Shown: positions 8,784-17,962 of the stretch, piece by piece | Layout of the letters: the number at the start of each line of letters is the position of its first letter | How positions within the stretch are numbered: the stretch's first letter is position 1 | DNA from: a bacterium | GTDB taxonomy: Bacteria; Hinthialibacterota; Hinthialibacteria; Hinthialibacterales; Hinthialibacteraceae | Reading direction: 5' to 3' | Length of the DNA: 22,092 nt | Assembly (NCBI GenBank): GCA_041946805.1 | Contig: JBHGBC010000097.1 | Location: 1-22,092 of the forward strand | Made by a program: the position numbers and the translations under genes | The notes under the pieces: model-generated | Told to the model about the DNA's origin: nothing | Seen by the model: the letters and a program-made list of their open reading frames with translations, nothing else | Databases searched by the model: none

Positions 8784-9911
8784 CTATGACAATGTACGGT
8801 ACAATTCGTTCAGGCGTTCCGCGAAACGCTCCCAGGTGAAATGCTCGAGCACCCGTTGCCGGCCCAAATGACCCAAACGGACCCGCTCCGGAGGATTGTC
8901 CTTCAGCCAGGTAATGCGCTCTGCCAGGCTGGTGTATGAATTCTCTTCGAACAGCAATCCTGCGTCCCCCAGCACTTCTGGAATTGCGCCGGACCGCGCC
9001 CCGATAACCGGGATGCCCGTGGCCATGGCTTCCAGCGCCGCGCGCCCCAACTGTTCCTGCCACAGGCTGGTTTTGCGGGAGGCGAGCACGAAGGCGTCCA
9101 TCCGCCGCAGCGCCAGGGGCACCCGGCGCTCGTTCACGGAGGGCAGCCACTCCACGCGGTTCTGGACTCCCAGCCGTTCACTCATTTGGCGGTACGTGGT
9201 TTCGTCTTCTCCGGTTCCTACCAGCAATAAGTGTACGTCCGGCAGGCGGGCCAGGGCTTCCAATAACAGATCGATGCCTTTCATATACAACAGGCGGCCC
9301 ACGTAGCCGAGGGTGAACGGCCGGCCCACGGCGGGCAGGGAAGCGGCCGGCGGCTCGTTCAGGAAGAACGCGGGGATGCCATAGGGGATAACCGCGATGG
9401 GCTTGGTGTATCCCTTCCGTTCCAGCACGGCGCGCGCTCCCTGGGTGGCGCATACCGCCGCGGTGGAAACGTGGTGCGCGATTTTGTCGATCCCGGCGTA
9501 CAACCGCGATGCCCGGGAGGGGTAGGTCCACGGCCGGAAGATGTTCTCCCACGTGTAGAAAAGAATCTTGGCCCGGGGCGCGAAACACGCCGCCGCCAGC
9601 ATGGTTTGCATGGTGGTCACCGCCCAGGGCTCTTCCAGCAGCTGGATGATATCCGGTTTGGACCGGATCACCGCCCGGCTCAGTCCCCCAAAGTATCCGG
9701 TCCGCGCGTAATAATCCTTGAAAAACACCCGGCCGGGATGCGGGGTATACAACGCGTCCGGGGTAATCCGCCATACCACCGGCCGCCGGTTCTCGATCCA
9801 GTACCGGGGCCCGAGCACATGCAGTTGCAGATCCCGCTGCCCGGCCAGGATTTGATGGCGTTCGTGCGAGGCTTCCAGCCCCGCGGTTTTATCGATGATC
9901 AACACGCGCAT
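8784..9911 (-). CDS. Glycosyltransferase family 4 (GT-B)
   Basis: MRVLII N-terminus, VIPYG, YVGRLLYMKG and the EX7E motif EQLGRAALEAMATG. 22 bp upstream of the flippase, so probably an operon. Confidence 0.95.
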   Translation of the reverse strand: MRVLIIDKTAGLEASHERHQILAGQRDLQLHVLGPRYWIENRRPVVWRITPDALYTPHPGRVFFKDYYARTGYFGGLSRAVIRSKPDIIQLLEEPWAVTTMQTMLAAACFAPRAKILFYTWENIFRPWTYPSRASRLYAGIDKIAHHVSTAAVCATQGARAVLERKGYTKPIAVIPYGIPAFFLNEPPAASLPAVGRPFTLGYVGRLLYMKGIDLLLEALARLPDVHLLLVGTGEDETTYRQMSERLGVQNRVEWLPSVNERRVPLALRRMDAFVLASRKTSLWQEQLGRAALEAMATGIPVIGARSGAIPEVLGDAGLLFEENSYTSLAERITWLKDNPPERVRLGHLGRQRVLEHFTWERFAERLNELYRTLS

Positions 9912-9938
9912 GGTGATATCATGGAAATTAGGCTATTT

Positions 9939-10409
9939 TGGTTCATCCGAGAAGAGCGCGCACCCGGGGCCATTTGTCCAGGGTTGAAGACCTGGGCTGC
10001 TGTAATGCCGTCCCCTGATGTGGACTCATTTTACCGATAAGCGAATGGATATACACAACCGGTAGAAGTAAAATAATTCGAAAAGGCTTTTCCTCACCCG
10101 GAGGGAGAGGGAAATTGATTACGTTTGTCACGAAAATCCCAGGGTGAAAGCCCCGGGTTAGTTTAATCGAACCGCTGGCGCATGAAAAACAATACTTCAA
10201 GTTTATCCGGTATGTGCGTACCCCTGTGAAAGCGACCATCCAATCCTGGAGAAAAAAACGAGGGCATTATTCCGCCAAGATAATGAAAGAGAGACATCTG
10301 CCCCCCTCGCCCTTTGGGAGAGGGGATTTTGGGGTTACTTCTCAGGCCAACCGGATTGGATTTCGGGCGCGCCTTCTTGAAAATCAGTACGCACTGGCCG
10401 GATGAACCA
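9939..10409. mobile_element. Non-autonomous MITE-like element, 471 bp
   Basis: Perfect 11-bp terminal inverted repeats TGGTTCATCCG (9939-9949) and CGGATGAACCA (10399-10409), flanked by the direct repeat TATTT (9934-9938 and 10410-10414). No transposase ORF; the interior holds several palindromes. Confidence 0.7.
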
Positions 10410-10472
10410 TATTTCATTTCGGTCTATCATTCATAACCAAATCTCAACAGAACCTTAGAACACGATTCCATC

Positions 10473-12392
10473 ATGTCTCCCGATTGGTCCGCCTCGTCTC
10501 CCTTTTGGCAGCGGAACCTGGACGCGCTCCAGCGGCGCGATCCCGGCCTGGCCCGGTGTTTGAGCGCATCGGACCTGTCCCTCTGCCGTTTTGCCGCGGG
10601 GCGGGCGCGGGACGGCTCGCCGGTGCTGGGCATGTTGCTGGAATCCGGGAAATCGGCCGCTTTCGATCCCATGAATACGCCCGGACCGAACGCGGAAGAT
10701 TGGGTCGCGCGCCTGGGCGATGATTTTCTGAATAACGCTCATGTTCTCCTGTTCGGTTTCGGATCCGGTTATCATCCCCTCTATCTATTTCGTTTGTCCG
10801 ATGCCCAAACCTACATTTGGATTGTGGAACCGGATCCCGCATTACTCAAGGCGGCCTTTCACCTGATGGATTTCACTTCCCTGATTCTCTCCCCGCGTGT
10901 GCGGTTCGTTGTGGGTTTGCGCGAGGACGAGACCGCCCGGCTGCTCTTTACCGAACCCGGCGGCCACCGCACCCGCGCCCAGGGCATCCGTCTGGCGTAC
11001 ACGGGAACCGCCAAAGCCCTTTACGCGGACCGGATCCAGCGTTTGGCTCAGGCCATCGAGGAGATCCTGCGCGTGGAGGGCTTGAAATTCAAAACGTCGG
11101 AAATCCAGGGCGAAATCATCCTCCGCAACCTGCTTGCCAATCTGCCCCAGGTTCTGCGGGGAGCGCCCTGGCTGCGTCTGCTCGGGGCCGCGCCGGGCGC
11201 GCCGGCCTTGGTGATCAGCCCCGGACCCAGCCTCGAAGCCGCGCTGCCTTCAATTGCCCGGGCGCGGGATAACGCCCTCGTGATCGCCGTCGACACCGCG
11301 TACCGGATCCTGCGCCGCCACGGCCTCGCGTCCGACATCGTGGTAAGCCTCGATTTCACGGAACTCAACGCCCGGCATTTCGACGCCATCGAGCTGGACG
11401 ACGCCGTCCTTCTGGCTTTTCCGGGTGTTCATTCTTCCATCCCCGCGCGGTTTCCCAGCCGGACCTTTTTTTACGACCACGCCGGAACCGCCGCTTACGG
11501 CCCGGGAGCCACTCCGCTCCTCAAAACTTTCACCTGCCTGGGCCGCCTGGGTGACCTGGTGTCGTATGGCTCGACCGCCCATGCCGCCTATCACGCCGCC
11601 CGGATGATGGGTTGTTCGCCCATCATTCTGATCGGCAACGACCTGGGTTTCCCCGGCGCGAAACAGTACGCCCCGGGGGCCATGCAGACGGAATTCCCGG
11701 CGCCCATGGACGTGGACGATTCGCTCGCCACGGTCCCCGCGAATGACGGCCAGGCCATTTCCACCAGCGGATTATACAAGTTCTATCTGGATGGATTTTC
11801 CGAGTTGATCCAGGCCACTGGCGGGGAAGTGATCAACACCGCTCCCCATGGCGCGGTCATTCCTGGCTGCCGGTTCATGCCCCTGGAAGACGCCCTGGCC
11901 CGGCATGTCCGCCAGCAGATGATCGATCGGTCCTTCTTGCGCGATGCCCTCCGTCCCACCCTCGAAGCGAAACGGGGTCCGCTGATTCTCGAATTAGGCG
12001 AACTGGCAGGAGAATGCGGAGAGGCGCGGATGCATTTGCGTGGACTGGAGGAACGATTGAACACCTTGGATCCGGCCGCGCCCACTTTTCGTCAGGAATT
12101 GATACAAACGTTGAAATCCTTCGCCGAAATCCTGCGGCAATCGCCCCGAGCGGTTTCGCTGAGCCTCACGCTCTGCGCCCGGTCGACCCATGGTATGCTC
12201 GGGCAGTTGAATCAAGGTAGTTTTTTCGGAGGAGACACCCCCGCCATGAACCTCCAGGCCCGCGGCCGTTGCCAGGCCTTCTTTCAAGATCTGGAACGGG
12301 GGATGGAAATCCACCAGCACGCCTTCACGCGCGCCGCCGCGGAATTGTCCAATCCAAGGAAATCCAAGGCGGAGATGGGAATCCCCGGTTAG
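10473..12392 (+). CDS. Maf / DUF115 (motility-associated factor glycosyltransferase, MptE-like domain) protein
   Basis: N-terminal FWQRNLDAL, FGFGSGYH and WIVEPD; core ALVISPGPSL, AVDTA, STAHAAYHAARMMGCSPIILIGNDLGF and VINT...GAVIPG; helical C-terminus. Confidence 0.9.
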   Translation: MSPDWSASSPFWQRNLDALQRRDPGLARCLSASDLSLCRFAAGRARDGSPVLGMLLESGKSAAFDPMNTPGPNAEDWVARLGDDFLNNAHVLLFGFGSGYHPLYLFRLSDAQTYIWIVEPDPALLKAAFHLMDFTSLILSPRVRFVVGLREDETARLLFTEPGGHRTRAQGIRLAYTGTAKALYADRIQRLAQAIEEILRVEGLKFKTSEIQGEIILRNLLANLPQVLRGAPWLRLLGAAPGAPALVISPGPSLEAALPSIARARDNALVIAVDTAYRILRRHGLASDIVVSLDFTELNARHFDAIELDDAVLLAFPGVHSSIPARFPSRTFFYDHAGTAAYGPGATPLLKTFTCLGRLGDLVSYGSTAHAAYHAARMMGCSPIILIGNDLGFPGAKQYAPGAMQTEFPAPMDVDDSLATVPANDGQAISTSGLYKFYLDGFSELIQATGGEVINTAPHGAVIPGCRFMPLEDALARHVRQQMIDRSFLRDALRPTLEAKRGPLILELGELAGECGEARMHLRGLEERLNTLDPAAPTFRQELIQTLKSFAEILRQSPRAVSLSLTLCARSTHGMLGQLNQGSFFGGDTPAMNLQARGRCQAFFQDLERGMEIHQHAFTRAAAELSNPRKSKAEMGIPG

Positions 12393-12426
12393 ACCGGATA
12401 GATGTTTTTCAACGGTTAGCTCATGG

Positions 12427-12748
12427 GCAGAGAAAGGATGAATTCCGCCCTCTCCGGGCTTCCCTCACCCCGGCCCTCTTCCTGAGGGAGAGGGAGGAGA
12501 GAAGGGAGGGTGTCGTTTTCGTGCCGGATTGCCCGGGTTGGATGGTTTGAGATTGAATCACGCCCAGGGTTGATTTGCTTCCTGAGTTGAACCCCGGGGC
12601 TACTGGAGGCGGCCCGTTGGAAGGGGCGCAAGGTCCCTCACTCTGGCTCTCTTCCAGAGGGAGTGAGGACCGGGGATGGATTTCTCCGGCCTGTTTTTGG
12701 GAGACCAATCCCACCTCCTGATAAGGAAAACCCTTGCCGGATGAACCA
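12427..12748. repeat. Mosaic repeat tract ending in a MITE-type right end
   Basis: GCAGAGAAAGGATGAATT (12427-12444) is identical to 20747-20764. Family A copies at 12462-12494 and 12635-12668. GTAG-bearing CCCAGGGTTGA...ACCCCGGGGCTAC at 12563-12603. CGGATGAACCA at 12738-12748. Confidence 0.75.
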
Positions 12749-12962
12749 GATTCTTTTTTTCTCCTCTTCGGGGCTATACTTAAAGAGGGGATATAATCTC
12801 TCATCGTTGCCTCGTTGGCTTCTCTGCCGTTAATTCTCCACCAAGAACTTTACAGCGAGCGCGGATTGCCGTCCCGGCGTGTTTTAAAATTCCATGGCCG
12901 TCCTTCCGTATGATTTCATGAAGGCCGCCTTGAACGGGATGCGCCCGGGGGTGTTTGTGGAG

Positions 12963-12991
12963 TTGTCAGATAAGAATCTCTTTGGTAAGCT
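12963..12991 (+). promoter_or_regulatory. sigma70-type promoter of ispH
   Basis: TTGTCA-17 nt-TAAGCT with an extended -10 TG. SD GGGAG at 13011-13015 precedes ATG 13022. Confidence 0.65.
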
Positions 12992-13021
12992 GAAATGAAA
13001 AGTAAACTTCGGGAGTATTTA

Positions 13022-14278
13022 ATGCCGAACCGGAAAAAGAACCTTCCCATCAACAGGCGCGGTTTTGGTTTAAAGGAACAAGTCGCGGGCACGCTGGCCA
13101 AGGAATACAAAAGCGGATTGGTCCAGTATCTGCGGGAAAACGGCTCCACGTTGCAAGTGGGCGGCCTGCGGATTCTATTGGCCAAGGAGTTTGGTTTTTG
13201 CTATGGCGTGGACCGGGCCGTCGACTACGCCTACGAAACGCGCCAGAAATTCCCGGATAAAACCATCTACATCACCACGGAGATCATCCACAATCCCCAG
13301 GTGAACCGGAAACTGCGCGAAATGGGCATCCGCTTCCTCAGCGGCTGTGAATCCGGCAATTACACCTTCGACGATATCAAGCCGGAGGATGTCGTGATCC
13401 TTCCCGCCTTTGGGGCCAGCGTGGAAGAGATGCGGAAGTTGATCGAAACCGGCTGCGTGCTGGTCGATACCACCTGCGGCTCGGTGATGAACGTCTGGAA
13501 CCGGGTGGAACGGAACTCGCGCGACGGATTTACCTCCATCATCCATGGCAAGTATTACCACGAGGAAACCATCGCCACCAGCTCGCGCGCGCTGCAGTTC
13601 GAAGGCGGCCGCTACATCATCGTCCGCGACGAGGAAGAAGCCCAGGTCGTGTGCGATTACATCCGGTTCGGCGGCAGCACGGACGGCTTTCTGAAGCGCT
13701 TCGAGAAATCCATCAGCCCCGGCTTCGATCCCGGCCGCGACCTGCAGCGGGTGGGCCTGGCCAACCAGACCACCATGCTCAGCAGCGAATCCCTCCACAT
13801 TTCCAAGATGGTGGAGCAGGCCATGCGGGACCGCTACGGCGAGGAAAACCTGAAGGACCACTTCCGCGCCTTCGACACCATCTGCAGCGCCACGCAGGAA
13901 CGGCAGGACGCCATCATCGAACTCGGCGCGAAAAAACCCGACGTCATCATCGTCGTGGGCGGCTACAACAGCAGCAACACCAGCCATCTGTGTGAAATCG
14001 GCCTGCGTTACGCCCCCACCTTCCACATTTGTGGCCCCGGTTGCATCGTTTCCCGCGGAGAAATCCGCCATAAGCCATTCGGCCAAAACGCCGAGATCGT
14101 CACCCGCGATTGGCTCCCCTCCGGCCCTGTCTCCGTGGGTTTCACCTCCGGCGCGTCCACGCCCGACAAGGTGGTCGAGGAAACCATCCTGCGCGTTCTG
14201 GAATGCCTGGAAATCGACCTGAGCCTGGCCGTGAACCTGCCCGAATCCGCCCGGGTGAACGAATTCGCCGTCAAGTAA
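13022..14278 (+). CDS. ispH: 4-hydroxy-3-methylbut-2-enyl diphosphate reductase
   Basis: Three [4Fe-4S] Cys motifs (GFCYGV, DTTC, DTICSAT), plus IIHNP, HEET, NQTT, SSNT and GASTP. Start 13022 is favoured over 12995 by SD and promoter position. Confidence 0.97.
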   Translation: MPNRKKNLPINRRGFGLKEQVAGTLAKEYKSGLVQYLRENGSTLQVGGLRILLAKEFGFCYGVDRAVDYAYETRQKFPDKTIYITTEIIHNPQVNRKLREMGIRFLSGCESGNYTFDDIKPEDVVILPAFGASVEEMRKLIETGCVLVDTTCGSVMNVWNRVERNSRDGFTSIIHGKYYHEETIATSSRALQFEGGRYIIVRDEEEAQVVCDYIRFGGSTDGFLKRFEKSISPGFDPGRDLQRVGLANQTTMLSSESLHISKMVEQAMRDRYGEENLKDHFRAFDTICSATQERQDAIIELGAKKPDVIIVVGGYNSSNTSHLCEIGLRYAPTFHICGPGCIVSRGEIRHKPFGQNAEIVTRDWLPSGPVSVGFTSGASTPDKVVEETILRVLECLEIDLSLAVNLPESARVNEFAVK

Positions 14279-14331
14279 GAGTTATTCCATTCCATCCACC
14301 AAAATTTAGGGGAAGGGGATTATAAATAGAA

Positions 14332-14484
14332 GATGGATTAGCGAATGGCAATCCATCATGATCTTTTTCCTGTTCATTCTGATTATACTGGCCGTCCGGC
14401 TTCAGACACTTATAGGAATCCCCTTCCGGGGACATCTGGAGACCAGCCCAGGATTTCAATCCGGGGTGTCGCAATCCTGAACCA
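14332..14484. repeat. Mosaic of REP-like palindromes after ispH
   Basis: GATGGATT/AATCCATC hairpin (14332-14357). 14388-14408 matches 19252-19272 at 18/21. TCCCCTTCCGGGGA plus AGCCCAGGATTTCAATCCGGGG (14419-14466) mirrors 9977-10026 on the opposite strand. Confidence 0.7.
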
Positions 14485-14680
14485 TCCATCCATTCTTGTT
14501 ACCCTTATGGATGCGGAATGATCCGCGCCTCCCGGACCGGCTGTAAGACATCGCGTCAGTTCCATCGGCAATCCGTGATGTTTCCCCCTGCCCGCTCCAT
14601 CTGTACATTCACTCCGAAAAACGGTAGATTTTCTCCGGCTTGGAGTATCCAGATTCCTGTTTTTCGGACAGGGTAACGCC

Positions 14681-16198
14681 ATGGCGGAGACGTTCGCGTA
14701 CGATTTGGTTTCTTTTTTGCGGGTATTGTACCGCCGCCGGAGGTTCATTCTGGTGGGCGCTTTCGGGATGATGGTGCTGGCGGCGGTGGCCTCACTGGTG
14801 TGGCCGCAGACCTGGCGCGCAAACGCCCGGATCTACGTCTCCACACCGAAATTCAAACAAACCTTGAAGCTGGTCCCGGAACCGTTCGACGTTCTGACCT
14901 ACGAGGCGATCATGCGGTCGGACCGGCTGTTCCAGCAGATCATCGAACGTCTGCGCTGGTACCGGGAAGCCACCCATCAACTGCACGACAGCCAGGCCTA
15001 CGGTGAGCGGATCCGCGCCCACCTGGGGCCAAAAGCGGTGGGCATGACGCCGTTTCTGCTGATGCAAAACACCAATCAGACGATCCTGGCCGAGTTTTTG
15101 GTCCCTGAAAACGAGCGGGACAATCCGGAATGGATCAACCGGATCAACGGTCTGGGGAATCTGAGCGCGGAAGAACTCGAACTCGTTTATACCATGACGG
15201 ACGCCGAATTAGACCAAATGAGCGTCTTCGAGTTGCGCAAGGCGCTCCTGACCAGCGTCGCCAAGGTGCGCGAAACCAACCTGGAAGTCGAATATTCCCG
15301 CGTGATCCAGGTGTCGGGCGAATCCGGCACCGCCACGGGCGCGCGGCTCATCACCAACACCTGGCTGGACCTCTTTGTGGCGCGGGCGGAAGAGACCGTG
15401 AAGGGAAACATCCAGCGCTACATCCAACTGGCGCAAAACCGCTCCGAGTCCCTCAAGAGAGATCTGAAAGCGGCCGAAACCCAATTGGCCGTGATGAAGA
15501 CCGATGCCCAATTGGAGAGCTTGCGGGCGGATATGGCCTCCCGGCTGGTGCATCTCACCGGCTTGGCCCCCAACCGCCGGATCGCGGACCAAGTGGAGGA
15601 ATCGTTCGATCTGGAAAACGAAAACGAACCGTTCATGAAGGAACGCCGGCAGCAAACGGACACGCTCTCGTTTTCATTGACTCCCCAATACGGCGACGCG
15701 TTGATTCCCGTACAAATGGAACTGGAGCGGGATCTCGCGGCGGCCAAACTGCAGGCCGAGGCCTCCACCGATCCGGAAGTGAAGGCGAAACATCAAGCCC
15801 GGATCGCCGAAATGGAAGCGCAATGGAAAGCCGTGACCGGGCGAATCGCCGCGCTCTCCGGCGAAATTGCCATGCTCCTGCAAAAAATCCGCGCCTTCGA
15901 GACCGATATCGCGGTGCAGGAACGGGTGGTGAACGGCTTGCGCGCCAACCTCTCGGCGATGCAGCCGCTGCTCGATGAAGCCTCGCTGCTCGAAAGTCAG
16001 GAGAAGGATATCCGGTACGCCGATGTCAGTATCGACCGGGCGATCAAGCCGGACAAGCGGGTGTTTCCCAAGCGCTCGCTCATGACGGCGATGGGACTGG
16101 GACTAGGCTTCTTCCTCTTCTGCGGACTGGCCTTTTTCCTGGATATCTGGAACGAAGTGACCCGCCGAGAGGAGACGCCGGACGCGCGGCGCTCGTGA
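14681..16198 (+). CDS. Wzz/GumC-like polysaccharide co-polymerase (no kinase domain)
   Basis: YDLVSFLRVLYRRRRFI plus TM1 and PQTWRANARIYV; long coiled-coil region; AIKPDKRVFPKR followed by TM2 with MGLGLG; very short cytoplasmic tail. Confidence 0.9.
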   Translation: MAETFAYDLVSFLRVLYRRRRFILVGAFGMMVLAAVASLVWPQTWRANARIYVSTPKFKQTLKLVPEPFDVLTYEAIMRSDRLFQQIIERLRWYREATHQLHDSQAYGERIRAHLGPKAVGMTPFLLMQNTNQTILAEFLVPENERDNPEWINRINGLGNLSAEELELVYTMTDAELDQMSVFELRKALLTSVAKVRETNLEVEYSRVIQVSGESGTATGARLITNTWLDLFVARAEETVKGNIQRYIQLAQNRSESLKRDLKAAETQLAVMKTDAQLESLRADMASRLVHLTGLAPNRRIADQVEESFDLENENEPFMKERRQQTDTLSFSLTPQYGDALIPVQMELERDLAAAKLQAEASTDPEVKAKHQARIAEMEAQWKAVTGRIAALSGEIAMLLQKIRAFETDIAVQERVVNGLRANLSAMQPLLDEASLLESQEKDIRYADVSIDRAIKPDKRVFPKRSLMTAMGLGLGFFLFCGLAFFLDIWNEVTRREETPDARRS

Positions 16199-17646
16199 AG
16201 GAGGCCTTCTTCGTTCATGCGTGCGGGGCTTGGCTGGCTCTTTTCTGCGCCGGACTGACGGTTTTCTCGTTCCATGCCGATCCCACGGGAACGAGAGAGG
16301 AGATATTGCTCCTTCTGGCGCTGCTGGGTGCGATGGCGGCGGGTTACGGGACCGCCGTTTGGAGGGCTGTCCGCCGCCGCGCGCGAATCCCCGTGAAGGC
16401 CGTGCTGGCCTGGGCGGCCGTCTTCCGTTTACTCCTTTTCCCCAGCCTGCCGATCTTGGAGACCGATTACAACCGCTATTTATGGGATGGTTTCGTGCTG
16501 TCCCACGGCGTCAATCCATATATGTTCGCGCCGGAAACGGTTTTGTCTGATACGATTGATTCCAGTTTGAATCCGGATCAACAAGAATCTTTGCGCGTGT
16601 TGCGAGGGACCGCCGGCGCCCATCCCCGGGCGCGGGCGGTTCTCGAGGAAGTCAACAATCCCGAAACCGTCACGATTTATCCCCCCTTCGCCCAGATTTT
16701 ATTCGGTTTAGCGGCTTGGCTGTTTCCGCTGTCGCTTTATGGGTGGCGGGCAGTGGTGATGTTTTTCGACGCGCTGCTCATCGCCACGCTGGTGTTGCTT
16801 TTGATCCGGTATCAGCGCGATCCCGCCTGGGTTCTGATCTACGCCTGGTCGCCCCTGGCGCTCAAGGAGATTATCAACACTCTGCATTTCGACGGCATCG
16901 CGCTGTCTTTCTTGTTTCTGGGGATTCTCCTGGCTTCCACGAATCCTGGTTGCCGATCCGCGGCGGCCTTCGCGTTCGCGGTCCTGACGAAAATCATTCC
17001 CATCGCGCTCGTTCCCCTATGGCGGGACCGGCTGTCCCGGAAGGCGTGGGGGTTGTTCTTGCTTATTATCGCGATGATTGCCTTCATGTTTTCGGGAGTG
17101 GGCGCGCGGGGACTGAGTGGGTGGGTGGAATTCGCCCAGCGGTGGGAAAGCAATAGTAGTCTGGTGGCCTTCTTCGAGTGGGCGGCGGGAGGGCTGGGCG
17201 CGCCCGCGTGGGGCGGGGGACCGGTGATCGTTACGATCCTGGATTTCGAGTTCCCCTGCGACGCCTTTTTCACGGCTAAATCGCTGGCCGGCGGATTTTT
17301 TCTAGCCGTATTACTTTTTCAAATCCGAATCCTCTATTTACGTCCGGACATGGAGGACGAAGAGCGGCTCGCGCGGGCGTTGGCCGTCAACGGCGCGCTG
17401 CTGCTCTGCAGCCCGGTATGTAATCCCTGGTATGTGGTTTGGATGCTGCCGTTTATGTGTTTCATACCCCGGATTTCCTGGTTGTACCTGAGTGTATCGT
17501 GCCTTCTGTATTACACGTTTTTCATCCCGGATCCCCGCGCCTACTTGACGGGCATGCGCGAGTTGGAATACCTTCCTTTCTTTGGCTTGCTGGCTTGGGA
17601 ATGGCGGAAGAAACCGAAGGCCTCGAAATGGATTTTATCCGCTTGA
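16195..17646 (+). CDS. GT87/DUF2029-like GT-C membrane glycosyltransferase
   Basis: ETDYNRYLWDG..LSHGVNPY, TIYPPFAQ, YAWSPL..E, HFD, LTK and NPWYVVW motifs; many TM helices. GTG start overlaps the upstream TGA (GTGA). Confidence 0.88.
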   Translation: MKEAFFVHACGAWLALFCAGLTVFSFHADPTGTREEILLLLALLGAMAAGYGTAVWRAVRRRARIPVKAVLAWAAVFRLLLFPSLPILETDYNRYLWDGFVLSHGVNPYMFAPETVLSDTIDSSLNPDQQESLRVLRGTAGAHPRARAVLEEVNNPETVTIYPPFAQILFGLAAWLFPLSLYGWRAVVMFFDALLIATLVLLLIRYQRDPAWVLIYAWSPLALKEIINTLHFDGIALSFLFLGILLASTNPGCRSAAAFAFAVLTKIIPIALVPLWRDRLSRKAWGLFLLIIAMIAFMFSGVGARGLSGWVEFAQRWESNSSLVAFFEWAAGGLGAPAWGGGPVIVTILDFEFPCDAFFTAKSLAGGFFLAVLLFQIRILYLRPDMEDEERLARALAVNGALLLCSPVCNPWYVVWMLPFMCFIPRISWLYLSVSCLLYYTFFIPDPRAYLTGMRELEYLPFFGLLAWEWRKKPKASKWILSA

Positions 17647-17664
17647 ATGAGATAAACTAACGTG

Positions 17665-17694
17665 GATGGGTTGGCGCGTCACGCATAATCCATC
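17665..17694 (+). repeat. Degenerate copy of the GATGGGTT...AACCCATC REP
   Basis: GATGGGTTGGCGCGTCACGCATAATCCATC resembles 6372-6401 and 14332-14357. Confidence 0.6.
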
Positions 17695-17962
17695 ATGGAA
17701 TGGAGGAGAAGACAGGGCGGGTTGAACCACGCGTACCCCCATGGGCAGAACGCAACGTGCGTCTGTTTGCAAAGATTGGATAATCACGCCACTACCCAAA
17801 TCCCCTTTCCCTGTGTATTTCAAGGGAATTAGACAGAAAAAGACATCTGGGGCGTGACAGATTATCTTGATCGGATTATATTGATATAGTAAATAATCGG
17901 AAGAGTATGTCTCAAAATCCGTAAAACTAGAAGAATATAACATGGCATCCAGGGAGTGCAAA

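Noticed and set aside
9943..10417. Short ORFs inside the MITE-like element (and similarly 12416-12804, 14271-14489, 19183-19380)
   Set aside because: They translate repeat sequence (for example PLPPGEE, PSPFGRG) with no transposase or other motif.
14620..14630. ops/JUMPstart element before the Wzz-like gene
   Set aside because: Only CGGTAG matches GGCGGTAG, and the rest of JUMPstart is absent.
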